Part shown: piece by piece, positions 11,001 through 19,608 of the stretch
Layout of the letters: the number at the start of each line of letters is the position of its first letter
Position numbering within the stretch: the stretch's first letter is position 1
From: a virus
Taxonomy: Duplodnaviria > Heunggongvirae > Uroviricota > Caudoviricetes
Strand: one strand, 5' to 3'
Length of the DNA: 64,000 nucleotides
Virus record (IMG/VR): IMGVR_UViG_2778261571_000004
Made by a program: the position numbers and the translations under genes
The notes under the pieces: model-generated
Seen by the model: the letters and a program-made list of their open reading frames with translations, nothing else
What the model was told of the DNA's origin: nothing
The model's database searches: none

Positions 11001-12683
11001 ATCAAATGTCCCCTGTATTGTGGTGGATACCGTAGCAAAGGTGCTGATCATGCTATTAGCAGTGCCAATGACACCAGAAATCCCCGATTTGAGGAGTCTG
11101 AAGGCCATCGTGACAGCGACGGCTTTGCCGAAAGTGACAACAAGCTCCTGGTTTTTAATCAGCCATTTCGCCAGGTCACGCAAACCATCAATAGCCGTCG
11201 TCAATCCGCTTCCCAACGAGTGAGCAAAAGATGTACCCTCTGCGCTATTCATCAGGGAGGTGAGTTCTTTCATTCCCTCTCTTAAAGAAGACAAATAACC
11301 AGTCTGGCCTACTTTGTCCGCGAACAGCGTAAAGGCTGTCTTCATTTGCGCCAACGTACCGGTAAATGTGTTCATCATTTCGGACGCAGCTCCCTCGTTC
11401 TGCATCTTCAACTCTTTGAACATAAGTGCCAGTGCGTTTTTGGCTTCTACCGTTCCAGATGCTACAGCTTTAGTTAACTCGCCCATTGTCAGACCAGCAG
11501 CCTTGGCCATTGCGTTCATTGCTGTCGGAATCGCCTCACCTAATTGCTGGCGAAGCTCTTCCATCGATACAACCCCTTTACCAGACATCTGCTGAACAGC
11601 AATGGATGCACGCTTCAGAAGTTCGCTATCACCACCAAAACGAGCAACGGAGTCCACCAGCGCCTTCAGAGAACCATCGGTTGGATCTAAGCCAGCAGAA
11701 CGAAACTTCACGAAGGAGTCTGTTAACGCCTGCATCGCGAACGGCGCATTTTGAGCCATGTCTACGATGTACTTCATATCATCAGCGGCAGCCTGGCCCG
11801 GGTTGGACTTCTCCTTATTCAACCCTCGAAGCATCACCCGCATACGTTCCATTTCGGCCGCAGCTTCAACAATAGGCTTCTGCCACCCAAACATGATGTC
11901 AGTAACCGTTCTGGCTGCATCTCCGATCTCGCCAAGCAGAAAAATGTTGCCACGAAGGCCAGAGAACATACCTCCTTCGTTACTTTTACCGCTATGGCCA
12001 GAAGCGCCGCTACGCCGCCCGCTACCACCATCGCCACTTCCAGATGTACGAACGCGTACCGGCTTGCTAATCAGTTGCTGACGTCCGATAACTTCGTCCA
12101 TCTGCTCACGAACCTTTTTCAGTCCCTCGGCAGCCTGACTCGTTGTGACACCCCAATTACTGAGTCGCTTCGTCGTGGTATTAAGGCGCGTATTCATGCC
12201 ACTCACGGACACAGAGGCTTCTTTGACCTCCGTACCAAAGCGGCTTGCGCTTTTGCTTGCATAGGTCGCCCAATCAGAGAAATCATTTAGCTCTGATTGC
12301 ACTTTACGTAATGACGCGGTGAGTTTATCTACTGAAGAAGTTGTCGTATCGACGCGCTCAATCAGGGCTTTAAGACCAGAATTGAGGCTGGTGATGTTGC
12401 CACGCATTTTACGCGTAGCATCTGAAGCAAGCTCAAAACCGGCAGCTACATCCTGTAGTTTATCTGCCGTAGAATCGAGCTTGCTTTCCAGAACGCCAAT
12501 GATACGGGCGACCGAACCCAAAGAGCGTTCAAAGGTTTGGATTTTTTGAGCAGGCTTTGTTACCTGCTCACCAAATCGAGTAAGCAGTTTTCCCGCACGA
12601 TCGATTGACGCTGTAAACTGTTTGTCTTCCAGCGACAGGATAAACTCTACGTTTTGTGACATTCCCTTGTCATCCTCTGCCAA
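8100..12683 (-). CDS. Tail tape measure protein
   Basis: 1527 aa, long alpha-helical/coiled-coil protein with Gly-rich and hydrophobic segments, located between chaperone genes and M-like gene. Confidence 0.85.
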   Translation of the reverse strand: MAEDDKGMSQNVEFILSLEDKQFTASIDRAGKLLTRFGEQVTKPAQKIQTFERSLGSVARIIGVLESKLDSTADKLQDVAAGFELASDATRKMRGNITSLNSGLKALIERVDTTTSSVDKLTASLRKVQSELNDFSDWATYASKSASRFGTEVKEASVSVSGMNTRLNTTTKRLSNWGVTTSQAAEGLKKVREQMDEVIGRQQLISKPVRVRTSGSGDGGSGRRSGASGHSGKSNEGGMFSGLRGNIFLLGEIGDAARTVTDIMFGWQKPIVEAAAEMERMRVMLRGLNKEKSNPGQAAADDMKYIVDMAQNAPFAMQALTDSFVKFRSAGLDPTDGSLKALVDSVARFGGDSELLKRASIAVQQMSGKGVVSMEELRQQLGEAIPTAMNAMAKAAGLTMGELTKAVASGTVEAKNALALMFKELKMQNEGAASEMMNTFTGTLAQMKTAFTLFADKVGQTGYLSSLREGMKELTSLMNSAEGTSFAHSLGSGLTTAIDGLRDLAKWLIKNQELVVTFGKAVAVTMAFRLLKSGISGVIGTANSMISTFATVSTTIQGTFDLATTAVKRFNRASRMGLSTIPALIFAIRNAFAGLTAFMAANPIGFFFTAAVTAVSTLIWHMSSLRKKVEDVVNKVREIPEAMTQADRAMLESELSKKDREISRLEKEVETGKTLHFSAYTGPYEVGVDVDDSKKKLEKARKEREEVAKALDGGIAETIKQSITKKYREGIDAANQKGNALIASVAKEIERLTKSNEKIAARSDLSDHEKSKLRAENNAELGRLYAQADEQKLKGYKARYEKGLGELATYSEELKKAQESNDMQGQKEAQTKIDATTEALKIVKEGMENLEISLSVKAGDGLVSINGGKIGEFSSTPVDANSKTMTGFWKQQMDSKRYQRVNLDGTALYDLQGQPVVGPRQLKEQLRQKKIYGDVKLEQLSENDRIAVIKTLTKARELDAEAADKAANRTAKAAERAAKKEQAAQQKLAAGYQKALDKADQLMGQMGESSKATVSFDQSLRDTTKSLTDLANAVPNEFITQEMIDKAKKRLEDLKNATPEYREMFNRRNVEQMISTWAPEADSIISAGYTPSREEKVADFEETYNRNLKALMDLRKAAIESGTASQSQIELFDKKINQLIAAGNTALIKETGTATQKLALEYENLAEQIESTWTDLFSGLTDVLTDFVINGKMSFSSLSQSILKDITNMVVKSQITLPLMNMLGMGTTAAGSSQSGNLLTGVASAVANQGVRISNTVNGDKSVGEATKETSSSVTGLGQTTQQTTSAIGTATNAIGSWVSGLFDSTEAKDAETKAVKDSIFSMQNLSSVTGALSAAFAMLGANASGSGNKWLNFGATVASGLVSVWAGGGFDGLMSGSSGSTSGFNNLTSSAADGTNGIPAIPKFANGGIFGKDGVIPLRAYQKGGIANSPQLALFGEGDMNEAYVPLPDGRTIPVTLSTDGMSGGGNVLSPVSIEINVHSDGSTTESGDTESIWNNAAQRMKAIALETIAQEKRPGGSLNPNTQRN

Positions 12684-12939
12684 ATATTTGCATCAGTTGC
12701 TCTTTGGCGTCAGGGTCTGCCTTATCCTGGCTTGGATCGTAGACTTTATCTGTTACGACTGGTCTTCCAATCCTGAGTTGCAAACCCTCCATGAACGCCT
12801 TCACAGCCTCGCCATCCGCCTGGGACGCACGAGCGACTTGTAAGTTGCGGACATCCTCTTCCGCACGCAGACGGTCTATATTGCGACTGAGCATCCAGAA
12901 CATCGTGAGAGGAACGTTCAGTAGCTCTAATGGCGACAC
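12670..12939 (-). CDS. Tail assembly chaperone, T-like frame (possible -1 frameshift extension of upstream G-like ORF)
   Basis: Own translation shows this frame stays open upstream across the G-like stop at 13020, in the -1 frame relative to G; mirrors lambda G/GT arrangement. Confidence 0.4.
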   Translation of the reverse strand: MSPLELLNVPLTMFWMLSRNIDRLRAEEDVRNLQVARASQADGEAVKAFMEGLQLRIGRPVVTDKVYDPSQDKADPDAKEQLMQIFGRG

Positions 12940-13019
12940 GGCGTAGTGAGCAACTACACGACTGAAATAGAATCCGAGATCTATTGAGACGGTCCTTGTC
13001 CCGGATTCATCGCGGGAAA

Positions 13020-13337
13020 TTACTTTGCCCCTTCGCCAGCCGCTTTTTCGTTTTCTTCATCAATCACTTCCATAGCGAAGGTGAAGATCTGCTGGAGTTG
13101 CGGAACAGTCAGTTTTTCAAGAACTTCGTCAGGTACTGAAGGGATAACCTTACGAACCAGATCTGCATAAGCTGTCACTTGCTCAACAGGAGACATGTTC
13201 ATGAGATCTTTGCCTTCCATCTGCTTGATGGAAACAAAGAGGCCGACGGTCATTTCAACGATGGGATATTCTTTGCCACCAAATTTGATGCTTTTTTTCG
13301 GCGGCAGAATGGAGTCGAGATCGAGTAATTTGGTCAT
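13020..13337 (-). CDS. Tail assembly chaperone (G-like)
   Basis: 105 aa acidic protein directly upstream of tape measure gene and downstream of major tail gene. Confidence 0.5.
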   Translation of the reverse strand: MTKLLDLDSILPPKKSIKFGGKEYPIVEMTVGLFVSIKQMEGKDLMNMSPVEQVTAYADLVRKVIPSVPDEVLEKLTVPQLQQIFTFAMEVIDEENEKAAGEGAK

Positions 13338-13363
13338 GGTTTAAATCCTTTTAAACTCATACA

Positions 13364-13385
13364 GAGGCCCATCCATGGGCCTCTT
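13364..13385 (-). terminator. Stem-loop between major tail and chaperone genes
   Basis: agaggcccatccatgggcctct inverted repeat. Confidence 0.35.
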
Positions 13386-13398
13386 GGGTTATCACAAT

Positions 13399-14145
13399 TT
13401 AGCTTGCGGCAGTTACAGAGACGGCTTTGGTCGCCTTCTTGGCACCGTCATTAGTTGTGAAGGTGATATTGGCTGAACCGACAGCTTTACCAGTTACCAG
13501 TCCGTTCTGATCTACGGTCGCTTTATCAGTCGCATCAGAGCTCCACACGCCAGTCTTATTGGTTGCATCGGCCGGGGTGAAGGTTGCGCTCAATTGAACT
13601 TTAGTGCCCACTTTTACGGTCGGTGAAGACGGGGTCAGCGTGACGCTCTCAACCGGCTTTGGGAGGCTCATTTTCCCCAACACGCCAGCGTCGTCCGGGT
13701 AAGCGGAAAACTCAACTGAGAACACGCGAACGTCGTCAGACTGGTAGGTCATGGTGAAGTTACCCGCGGTTGCTGCTTTAGGGATGGTCAGAACATAATC
13801 CGTCGCATCCTGCGGGGTCAGCACCAACTCTTTCGCAACGTCGATCAGGTTCACTCCCTGCGCAGACGTGATGGTTACGGTATCTTCGCCAGAACTCAGC
13901 GTGGAACCTGGCATCAGATCGACCATGTTTTTCAACACGGATTCAGCCAGCGGCGCAGTAATGGTGATGTTGCGGCCCTGGATCAGCTCGGAGATCGTGG
14001 TCTGGCCCAGCTGGTCTACGGTCACTTTCAGCGTTTCGGTTGCGATTTCAACCTGAACACCACCTTTGGTGTAACCCAAATCCACACCACCAAACGACAC
14101 CTTACAGGCACCAAGTTTGATGTTTTTTACATGGGTATTAGACAT
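13399..14145 (-). CDS. Major tail protein (lambda V-like) with C-terminal Ig-like (Big_2) domain
   Basis: C-terminal about 80 aa Big_2-like pattern (TVKVGTKVQLSATFTPADATNK...VTGKAVGSANITF); start moved to MSNTHVK with AAGGAG-type RBS; ORF track gives 13399-14181. Confidence 0.7.
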   Translation of the reverse strand: MSNTHVKNIKLGACKVSFGGVDLGYTKGGVQVEIATETLKVTVDQLGQTTISELIQGRNITITAPLAESVLKNMVDLMPGSTLSSGEDTVTITSAQGVNLIDVAKELVLTPQDATDYVLTIPKAATAGNFTMTYQSDDVRVFSVEFSAYPDDAGVLGKMSLPKPVESVTLTPSSPTVKVGTKVQLSATFTPADATNKTGVWSSDATDKATVDQNGLVTGKAVGSANITFTTNDGAKKATKAVSVTAAS

Positions 14146-14190
14146 TGATGGAAAACTCCTTTTTCCGTTAATTCTACGCATTCATTGCGC

Positions 14191-14215
14191 TAATAGTAAG
14201 TATATACTTACCAAT
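14191..14215. promoter_or_regulatory. Palindrome, motif family 1, upstream of major tail gene
   Basis: taatagtaagtatatacttaccaat. Confidence 0.4.
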
Positions 14216-14219
14216 TGAG

Positions 14220-14726
14220 TTAATTCAATAAATAGCCAGCAAATTCAACAGGAATGCCTGCTTCTATTAATGCCCCATCATTTTGGGGATAAATGATTGG
14301 CATCGCCATCGGTCGTACAAGTCGAAAATACACACCACCAGATTCCGTTTCCTCTACTGGAAACATCTCAATGATTTTATTGGCTTTCTCAACCGTCGTA
14401 GTAATTGACGAACCACGCACAATGATTGTGAATGATTCGTGATAAAAGCCCTGTAGCTCATGATCGATGCTGATGCCGGTATTTGGATTAATAAGCAGGA
14501 CGCCAGATTTCACATTGGCAGGCAAGTAGTGACAGAAAATGTCAGTCCCGACCGTGCCAATCTTTGCCTTCTGCATCAAACTTGCAAACGCTTCAATAAA
14601 CACATTAACCTCTCGTAAATCCGGCTTTTCTGGCAGCCTCAAGAATCGCTTCTGAGAACTGCTTCTCGCTAATTTCCACCGCTCTTTCCAGAAAGTGTGG
14701 CCCAACACGGGGTTTAACACCGGCAA
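14220..14726 (-). CDS. Putative tail terminator / tail completion protein
   Basis: Position between neck genes and major tail gene; overlaps upstream ORF so true start probably internal. Confidence 0.35.
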   Translation of the reverse strand: MPVLNPVLGHTFWKERWKLARSSSQKRFLRLPEKPDLREVNVFIEAFASLMQKAKIGTVGTDIFCHYLPANVKSGVLLINPNTGISIDHELQGFYHESFTIIVRGSSITTTVEKANKIIEMFPVEETESGGVYFRLVRPMAMPIIYPQNDGALIEAGIPVEFAGYLLN

Positions 14727-15078
14727 TTGGTGGGTTTGTCACGTTCTTCATTCGAGAAAGATAACCGAGTCGGTATTTACCCAGCTCCATGTACTTAGCA
14801 TAGTCACCTACTTCTACACCCGGATGCCCCTGACGTGGTTTTGCTCCAGACACAGAAAGCTCAATGCGCAGCCCTGAATAACCTTCTTTAATCACCCTGG
14901 CAAAGATAGCTGTCTCCAGAGATCCGGTTTCCAGCGGGGCCATTGCACGGCTGAGGCGCTCAACCAAACGCGCCAGCTTTTCCATGTCCCGAATAAGATA
15001 TCGCTTAAATGCTTTCTGGCTGTTGTTGAGTCTATTCCCCGCACGTTTGAACTGATGCGCATCGTATTTCAGACCCAT
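14605..15078 (-). CDS. Putative head-tail joining protein
   Basis: 157 aa ORF in head-tail junction block, position only. Confidence 0.35.
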   Translation of the reverse strand: MGLKYDAHQFKRAGNRLNNSQKAFKRYLIRDMEKLARLVERLSRAMAPLETGSLETAIFARVIKEGYSGLRIELSVSGAKPRQGHPGVEVGDYAKYMELGKYRLGYLSRMKNVTNPPIAGVKPRVGPHFLERAVEISEKQFSEAILEAARKAGFTRG

Positions 15079-15509
15079 ATATTCGCCCCTACTTCAAGAT
15101 GCCCAGGTCTTCCTCGTAGCCCCCAGCGGCGATGAACACTGGACACCTTTAATTTTTGACCTTCAAGGATCAGTACATCATCAAGTTGTACAGCCGCTTC
15201 TAAAGGGACAACTAACACAGCATCAAACAGCTCCAGACTCGCCTTACCACGACTACCAGAGCTATCAGCACGAACTGACGATTTCTCATTACTCTGTTCG
15301 AACTTAACCACGCCGACATTCGTCTTCCTGACGAATTGTAATTGCGCCTCACCGTAAACGTTCTTTGCGCCAAAGCGGTAGATCGCAATTTCTGTTTGCC
15401 ATGAAATATTCATGCTCTCTCCCTGTTGTTGTCGGTCGCTCTCATTACTGGCCAAAAACCCTTTAGACCAAAAGTAAATAATGCGACTGGCGTTACGCAC
15501 GGCGAACAA
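15069..15509 (-). CDS. Putative head-tail adaptor / head completion protein
   Basis: 146 aa ORF in neck region, position only. Confidence 0.35.
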   Translation of the reverse strand: MFAVRNASRIIYFWSKGFLASNESDRQQQGESMNISWQTEIAIYRFGAKNVYGEAQLQFVRKTNVGVVKFEQSNEKSSVRADSSGSRGKASLELFDAVLVVPLEAAVQLDDVLILEGQKLKVSSVHRRWGLRGRPGHLEVGANIWV

Positions 15510-16326
15510 TCATACGGTTGTTGATGTAACTGACCAGCAAGCGCCAGGTACTACGAGCCACATGCACGTTTGCAGCTTTACCGGTACGGTACATGTTGGT
15601 TGTTTCACCGATTGACTCTGACAAAATGCCATCCTCTCGTGCTGCGGCAACATCATTGCCATTTGCGATCTCACACGCTTCGTTGACAACGGCAAGCATC
15701 AACGCTTCTTTGAAGTAGTCAGGGAACTCTTCAAACTTCTCCTGCGTCATCTTTTCCCAATCGACTAAATCATGCCGGTACGCTCCATCTGCTCCCCACG
15801 GAATATCATACACATTCAGCATATTTTGAGGGCGATCGTATCGGTCAAAGTCGATACGTAGAATTTTGCGGATTGAGAACGGTAAAGTTTTAATTCGTCT
15901 GGTAGCCTCAATGAGACGCTTGCGCATTAAGCCTTCACCATCCGACAGCAAAGTGTCCCCATTCAGCATATCGATCGCCTGCATTTGAGCATCAGCGACA
16001 GTTGCAAACGACTGTTCTGGTATCGACAGTTCAAAACTATTCAGCAGAACATACATTTGCCGCTCTTCATGCGTCAGACCCGATGCAACAGCCTTCACAA
16101 TGACGTACCGCAGATCTCGCTCTTTCTCAGAGAGCTGGTTATATTCAGCCGACACGACAACCGGAATCGACATTTGACCGCTGGTAATTTCTAGCGGCTC
16201 GCCATCAACGAGAATAGCCCCGGTGCTGTCCTTTACTGTGTAGGTAGCAGATTCGATATCCAGCACGTTGAAGGCAAATGAAAGGGAAACAGCTTCACCG
16301 CTACGATACGAGTCGATCTGCGCCAT
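15493..16326 (-). CDS. Putative head-tail connector or head completion protein
   Basis: 277 aa ORF between capsid block and neck genes, position only. Confidence 0.3.
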   Translation of the reverse strand: MAQIDSYRSGEAVSLSFAFNVLDIESATYTVKDSTGAILVDGEPLEITSGQMSIPVVVSAEYNQLSEKERDLRYVIVKAVASGLTHEERQMYVLLNSFELSIPEQSFATVADAQMQAIDMLNGDTLLSDGEGLMRKRLIEATRRIKTLPFSIRKILRIDFDRYDRPQNMLNVYDIPWGADGAYRHDLVDWEKMTQEKFEEFPDYFKEALMLAVVNEACEIANGNDVAAAREDGILSESIGETTNMYRTGKAANVHVARSTWRLLVSYINNRMIVRRA

Positions 16327-16760
16327 TACTCACCACCTTGTGCTTTCAGGATGCCGTCAATCATTTCGACAATTCCTTTCGCTTTGACACCAACCTGATT
16401 ACCAATAACTCGTAGACCGGCAATACCTTCGTTGTCTGCAATTGACTCCAGTTCTTCTCGTGTGAAAGTCTGGATCTGTTTGGCCGGTTCATCTGGTGTC
16501 CCACGTTTCATTGGCACAATGTCAGGCGCTGCTGGCTCGGTAATCAGGTCTGCTGTCAATCCACCACGATCACTGTATGCGGCAGACGGAGAAACATTTT
16601 TGCCCTCTACTGTTGATGCTCGCATTGAGGCACAAATCCTTTGCTGATCGATAAAAGGCAACTCCGCTACGGACACCCCGTTCTCGAACTGAACGCCGCA
16701 CAACATTCCCGAATAACCGGAAAATTGCGGTTCTAATAAAACAATTTTTGCTGGTTTCAT
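16326..16760 (-). CDS. Hypothetical head-associated protein
   Basis: 144 aa, translationally coupled to downstream gene. Confidence 0.3.
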   Translation of the reverse strand: MKPAKIVLLEPQFSGYSGMLCGVQFENGVSVAELPFIDQQRICASMRASTVEGKNVSPSAAYSDRGGLTADLITEPAAPDIVPMKRGTPDEPAKQIQTFTREELESIADNEGIAGLRVIGNQVGVKAKGIVEMIDGILKAQGGE

Positions 16761-16776
16761 AACGCTTTCTCTCCAC

Positions 16777-16798
16777 TTGGGCGGCGAAAGCCGCCCAA
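16777..16798 (-). terminator. Stem-loop downstream of Ig-like protein gene
   Basis: ttgggcggcgaaagccgcccaa inverted repeat. Confidence 0.35.
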
Positions 16799-16804
16799 TA
16801 TCGG

Positions 16805-17725
16805 TTATTCCTGTGCGGCAGTAACTTCTACAGTTGCTGTCGCTTTGTGGCTACCATCTTGGGTAGTAACCTCGATTGTGGCAGTACCAGCCGCAACGCC
16901 AGTTACAACACCGGTTTCGCTATCCACCGTTGCAAACTCGGTATTTTTGGATTCCCAAGTAACGGTTTTATTTGTGGCTCCTGCCGGCTCGACATTTGCG
17001 GTCAGCTGAACAGTTTTGTTTGCCTCAACGGTTGTGCTATTTGGGTCGATTTCGACGGCGGTAACAGCCACAACAGGCGCAGTTACTTCCACCGTTGCAG
17101 TTGCCTTTTTGCTGCCATCTTGGGAAACGATCTCAATCGTCGCAGTGCCAACTTCTACACCAGTAACGTTCCCGCTCTGGTCTACCGTTGCCTTATCTTC
17201 ATTTTTTGAAGACCAGGTAACAGCCTTATTCGTCGCATTTGACGGCTGAACATTCGCTTTCAGACTGACTGATTTCCCTTTCTCAACAGAGGTTGAGTCT
17301 GGCGTTACCGTTACGGATTGAACGGCTACCGGATTTACGGTGACTTCCACTGACGCGGAAAGCTGGGTTTCCTGATCAGTTGCAGTAATTTTTACTTTGC
17401 CTGGTGCTACACCAGTTACTAATCCAGTGCCGTTAACGGTTGCAATTTGATCATTCGCTGACTTCCAGGTGAATGAACTGGCACTCTTACCCATACTAAT
17501 ACCTGCACTAAGTTGAACAGTTTTCCCAACCAAAACTGACGGTGAAGCCGGGGTTATGTTTACGGATTGGGAGAGGGGAACCGCCTGCAAACAAGCAGAT
17601 AGCTGACTTTGTTGCCGCTCGGTTAAAGGTTCATCGGAGATAGAATTGGTAAATCCGGCGCGGCACATATGCCCCGTAAAATCCGAAAATGCCTCTTCCG
17701 TAATCTTCATCTTTTGTTCTGGCAT
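16805..17725 (-). CDS. Ig-like (Big_2) repeat protein, probable capsid decoration protein
   Basis: Three tandem Big_2-like units (VTVTPDSTSVEKGKSVSLKANVQPSNATNKAVTWSS...), immediately downstream of putative major capsid gene. Confidence 0.6.
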   Translation of the reverse strand: MPEQKMKITEEAFSDFTGHMCRAGFTNSISDEPLTERQQSQLSACLQAVPLSQSVNITPASPSVLVGKTVQLSAGISMGKSASSFTWKSANDQIATVNGTGLVTGVAPGKVKITATDQETQLSASVEVTVNPVAVQSVTVTPDSTSVEKGKSVSLKANVQPSNATNKAVTWSSKNEDKATVDQSGNVTGVEVGTATIEIVSQDGSKKATATVEVTAPVVAVTAVEIDPNSTTVEANKTVQLTANVEPAGATNKTVTWESKNTEFATVDSETGVVTGVAAGTATIEVTTQDGSHKATATVEVTAAQE

Positions 17726-17739
17726 TTCTTGCTCCTACA

Positions 17740-17768
17740 AAAAGGGTGGGCGTATAGCCCACCCTTTA
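17740..17768 (-). terminator. Stem-loop between capsid and decoration genes
   Basis: aaagggtgggcgtatagcccaccctttaa inverted repeat. Confidence 0.35.
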
Positions 17769-17798
17769 ACATAGATAATTACTTATCTACTGCACTGA

Positions 17799-18674
17799 TT
17801 AAATTTTTACATTGGTCAGTGCAGCGATAGCCTTATCGTGCTTATTCGCCAGAGAGCAGTACCACTTCACACGGGTACGTACTGCGTCTTTGTTCTGTAC
17901 AGTGCCAATGTTTTCAACAACGATACCTGCGTTGTCGCCGCCATACAGACCAGTAACGCCGTTCTCTTCTGACAGATGCAGGCAGTAGATGCTTGCTTTG
18001 CCAGAATCGGTCGGGATGAAGTCGTTGATGATGAACGGAACGCCGTTATGACACAGCATCGGACGACCGAAGTTCTCCATCATGATTTCAGACGGGCCTA
18101 CGTTTACTGTACGCAGCAGCGCACGGTAAGCACGCAGGTGCTCTGAACGCATCATGATGCAGTCAGCACCAAGATCTTTCACCGCATCGACCAGTTCGTC
18201 GAACATAGAGAAAGTCATAGATGCACCGGCGATATCGATCTTCTGATCTGCGTGCATCAGGCGTGGAATGCCGTCAAACGCCTTGTTGTTGGAGCTGGAG
18301 TCACCCAAAATCAGGTTGCGACGGAACGCACGAGCCAGACCTTTAACTTTCTGACGAACCTGAATAGCCAACTGGTTGTTGGTGTCGGCCATAGTGGTCG
18401 CCAGGAATTTATCAACGTCTACGTCACCAGCCAGAATACGCAGTTTCGCAACGCATTCTTCGAAGGTTGCTGCACCTTCAGGGATGGTGTCGTTAACGTC
18501 GATGAAGGTAGCTTCACTCAGCGTTTTTTCACGGTTGTACAGATATGCCTTTGAATTAATTTTCATAAAAGGCAGGATGGCAAACAGGTCATCGCGATCG
18601 ATGATGGTTTCAATCACGCCCTGTTCAAGTTCGTTGTTAGACAGCTTTTCAGCTTCTTCACGCAGTAATGGCAT
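17799..18674 (-). CDS. Putative major capsid protein
   Basis: 291 aa; codon usage looks highly expressed; position after scaffold and portal. Confidence 0.55.
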   Translation of the reverse strand: MPLLREEAEKLSNNELEQGVIETIIDRDDLFAILPFMKINSKAYLYNREKTLSEATFIDVNDTIPEGAATFEECVAKLRILAGDVDVDKFLATTMADTNNQLAIQVRQKVKGLARAFRRNLILGDSSSNNKAFDGIPRLMHADQKIDIAGASMTFSMFDELVDAVKDLGADCIMMRSEHLRAYRALLRTVNVGPSEIMMENFGRPMLCHNGVPFIINDFIPTDSGKASIYCLHLSEENGVTGLYGGDNAGIVVENIGTVQNKDAVRTRVKWYCSLANKHDKAIAALTNVKI

Positions 18675-18699
18675 CTATCAATTCCCTTTGATTTAGATG

Positions 18700-19587
18700 T
18701 TACTTAAGTCCAATTTTCCCCAGACCGGAGGCCAACTTATCCATAGTCGACTTGTTCTTCGGTTGGGATATTGTGTAGCTCGATTTGGAATGTGAGCCTA
18801 CACCCTGCTTGGCTTCGCTACGCATCAATGCGTCAGCTTCCGGATCTGCCCGCACAATGCGTTCAATCGCGGATTCAAACGGCAACGGCTTACCTTCACC
18901 GTCAACCAGAACAGCTCGTTCTTTATGACCTGCCGGTTTGTCATAACCCACTACGCTACCGTCTTCACCCACTTCAAAATGAGAACCGTAGATCACGCGG
19001 GCTTTTGCCGGAGTCATCAGAACTTTGTCACGTAGGAAGAGAGAGTTACTGAAGGAAGCGCCCACGGTCATCTCGACTAATTGAGATTTCAGTGATGCGT
19101 TTTCACTTTCCAGTGCTGCATAACGTTCGTCACGCTGTGCCAGCTCTGCCTGGTGTGCTTCGATCATCTGTTTTTTAACAGCATCGAACTCACCACGACG
19201 CTCCAGTTCAGCTTGCTCCGCCTCACGACGTGCGTTTTCTGCGGCCTGTTCAGCTTCTAAAAGCTGGCGAGCACGCGCCGGGTCGATATCACCGTACTGA
19301 GCAAGCTGATCGGCCAATGTGCGCTCTTTCTCTTTGCGCTTCATGTTCTCTTTCAGCAGTTCAGCACCAGCTTTCTTGGTTTTGCGAAGTTCGGCCAGTA
19401 ACTCTTCATGAGTCATGCCAGCGTATTCGTCATCACCCTTCGGCTGCTCTTTTTGTTCACCCTGTTTGTCAGGATCTTGTGTACTCTGCTCATTATCAGC
19501 AGCTACACCGCCAGCGCCTCCACGCTCATGCGCTTCAGCAACACCCATCAGACCACGACGGGCCAAAAGCATTTGCCACAGTTGCAT
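18700..19587 (-). CDS. Putative scaffolding protein
   Basis: 295 aa, charged coiled-coil segment (EAEQAAENARREAEQAELERR), between portal and capsid genes. Confidence 0.5.
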   Translation of the reverse strand: MQLWQMLLARRGLMGVAEAHERGGAGGVAADNEQSTQDPDKQGEQKEQPKGDDEYAGMTHEELLAELRKTKKAGAELLKENMKRKEKERTLADQLAQYGDIDPARARQLLEAEQAAENARREAEQAELERRGEFDAVKKQMIEAHQAELAQRDERYAALESENASLKSQLVEMTVGASFSNSLFLRDKVLMTPAKARVIYGSHFEVGEDGSVVGYDKPAGHKERAVLVDGEGKPLPFESAIERIVRADPEADALMRSEAKQGVGSHSKSSYTISQPKNKSTMDKLASGLGKIGLK

Positions 19588-19608
19588 AAAAATTCCCTTT
19601 GTTACTTA

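Noticed and set aside
8194-12549. Plus-strand ORFs inside the tape measure gene (for example 8398-8940, 10303-11223, 11751-12290)
   Set aside because: Antisense to a 1527-aa gene with clear protein character; translations are Ser/Pro/Ala-rich
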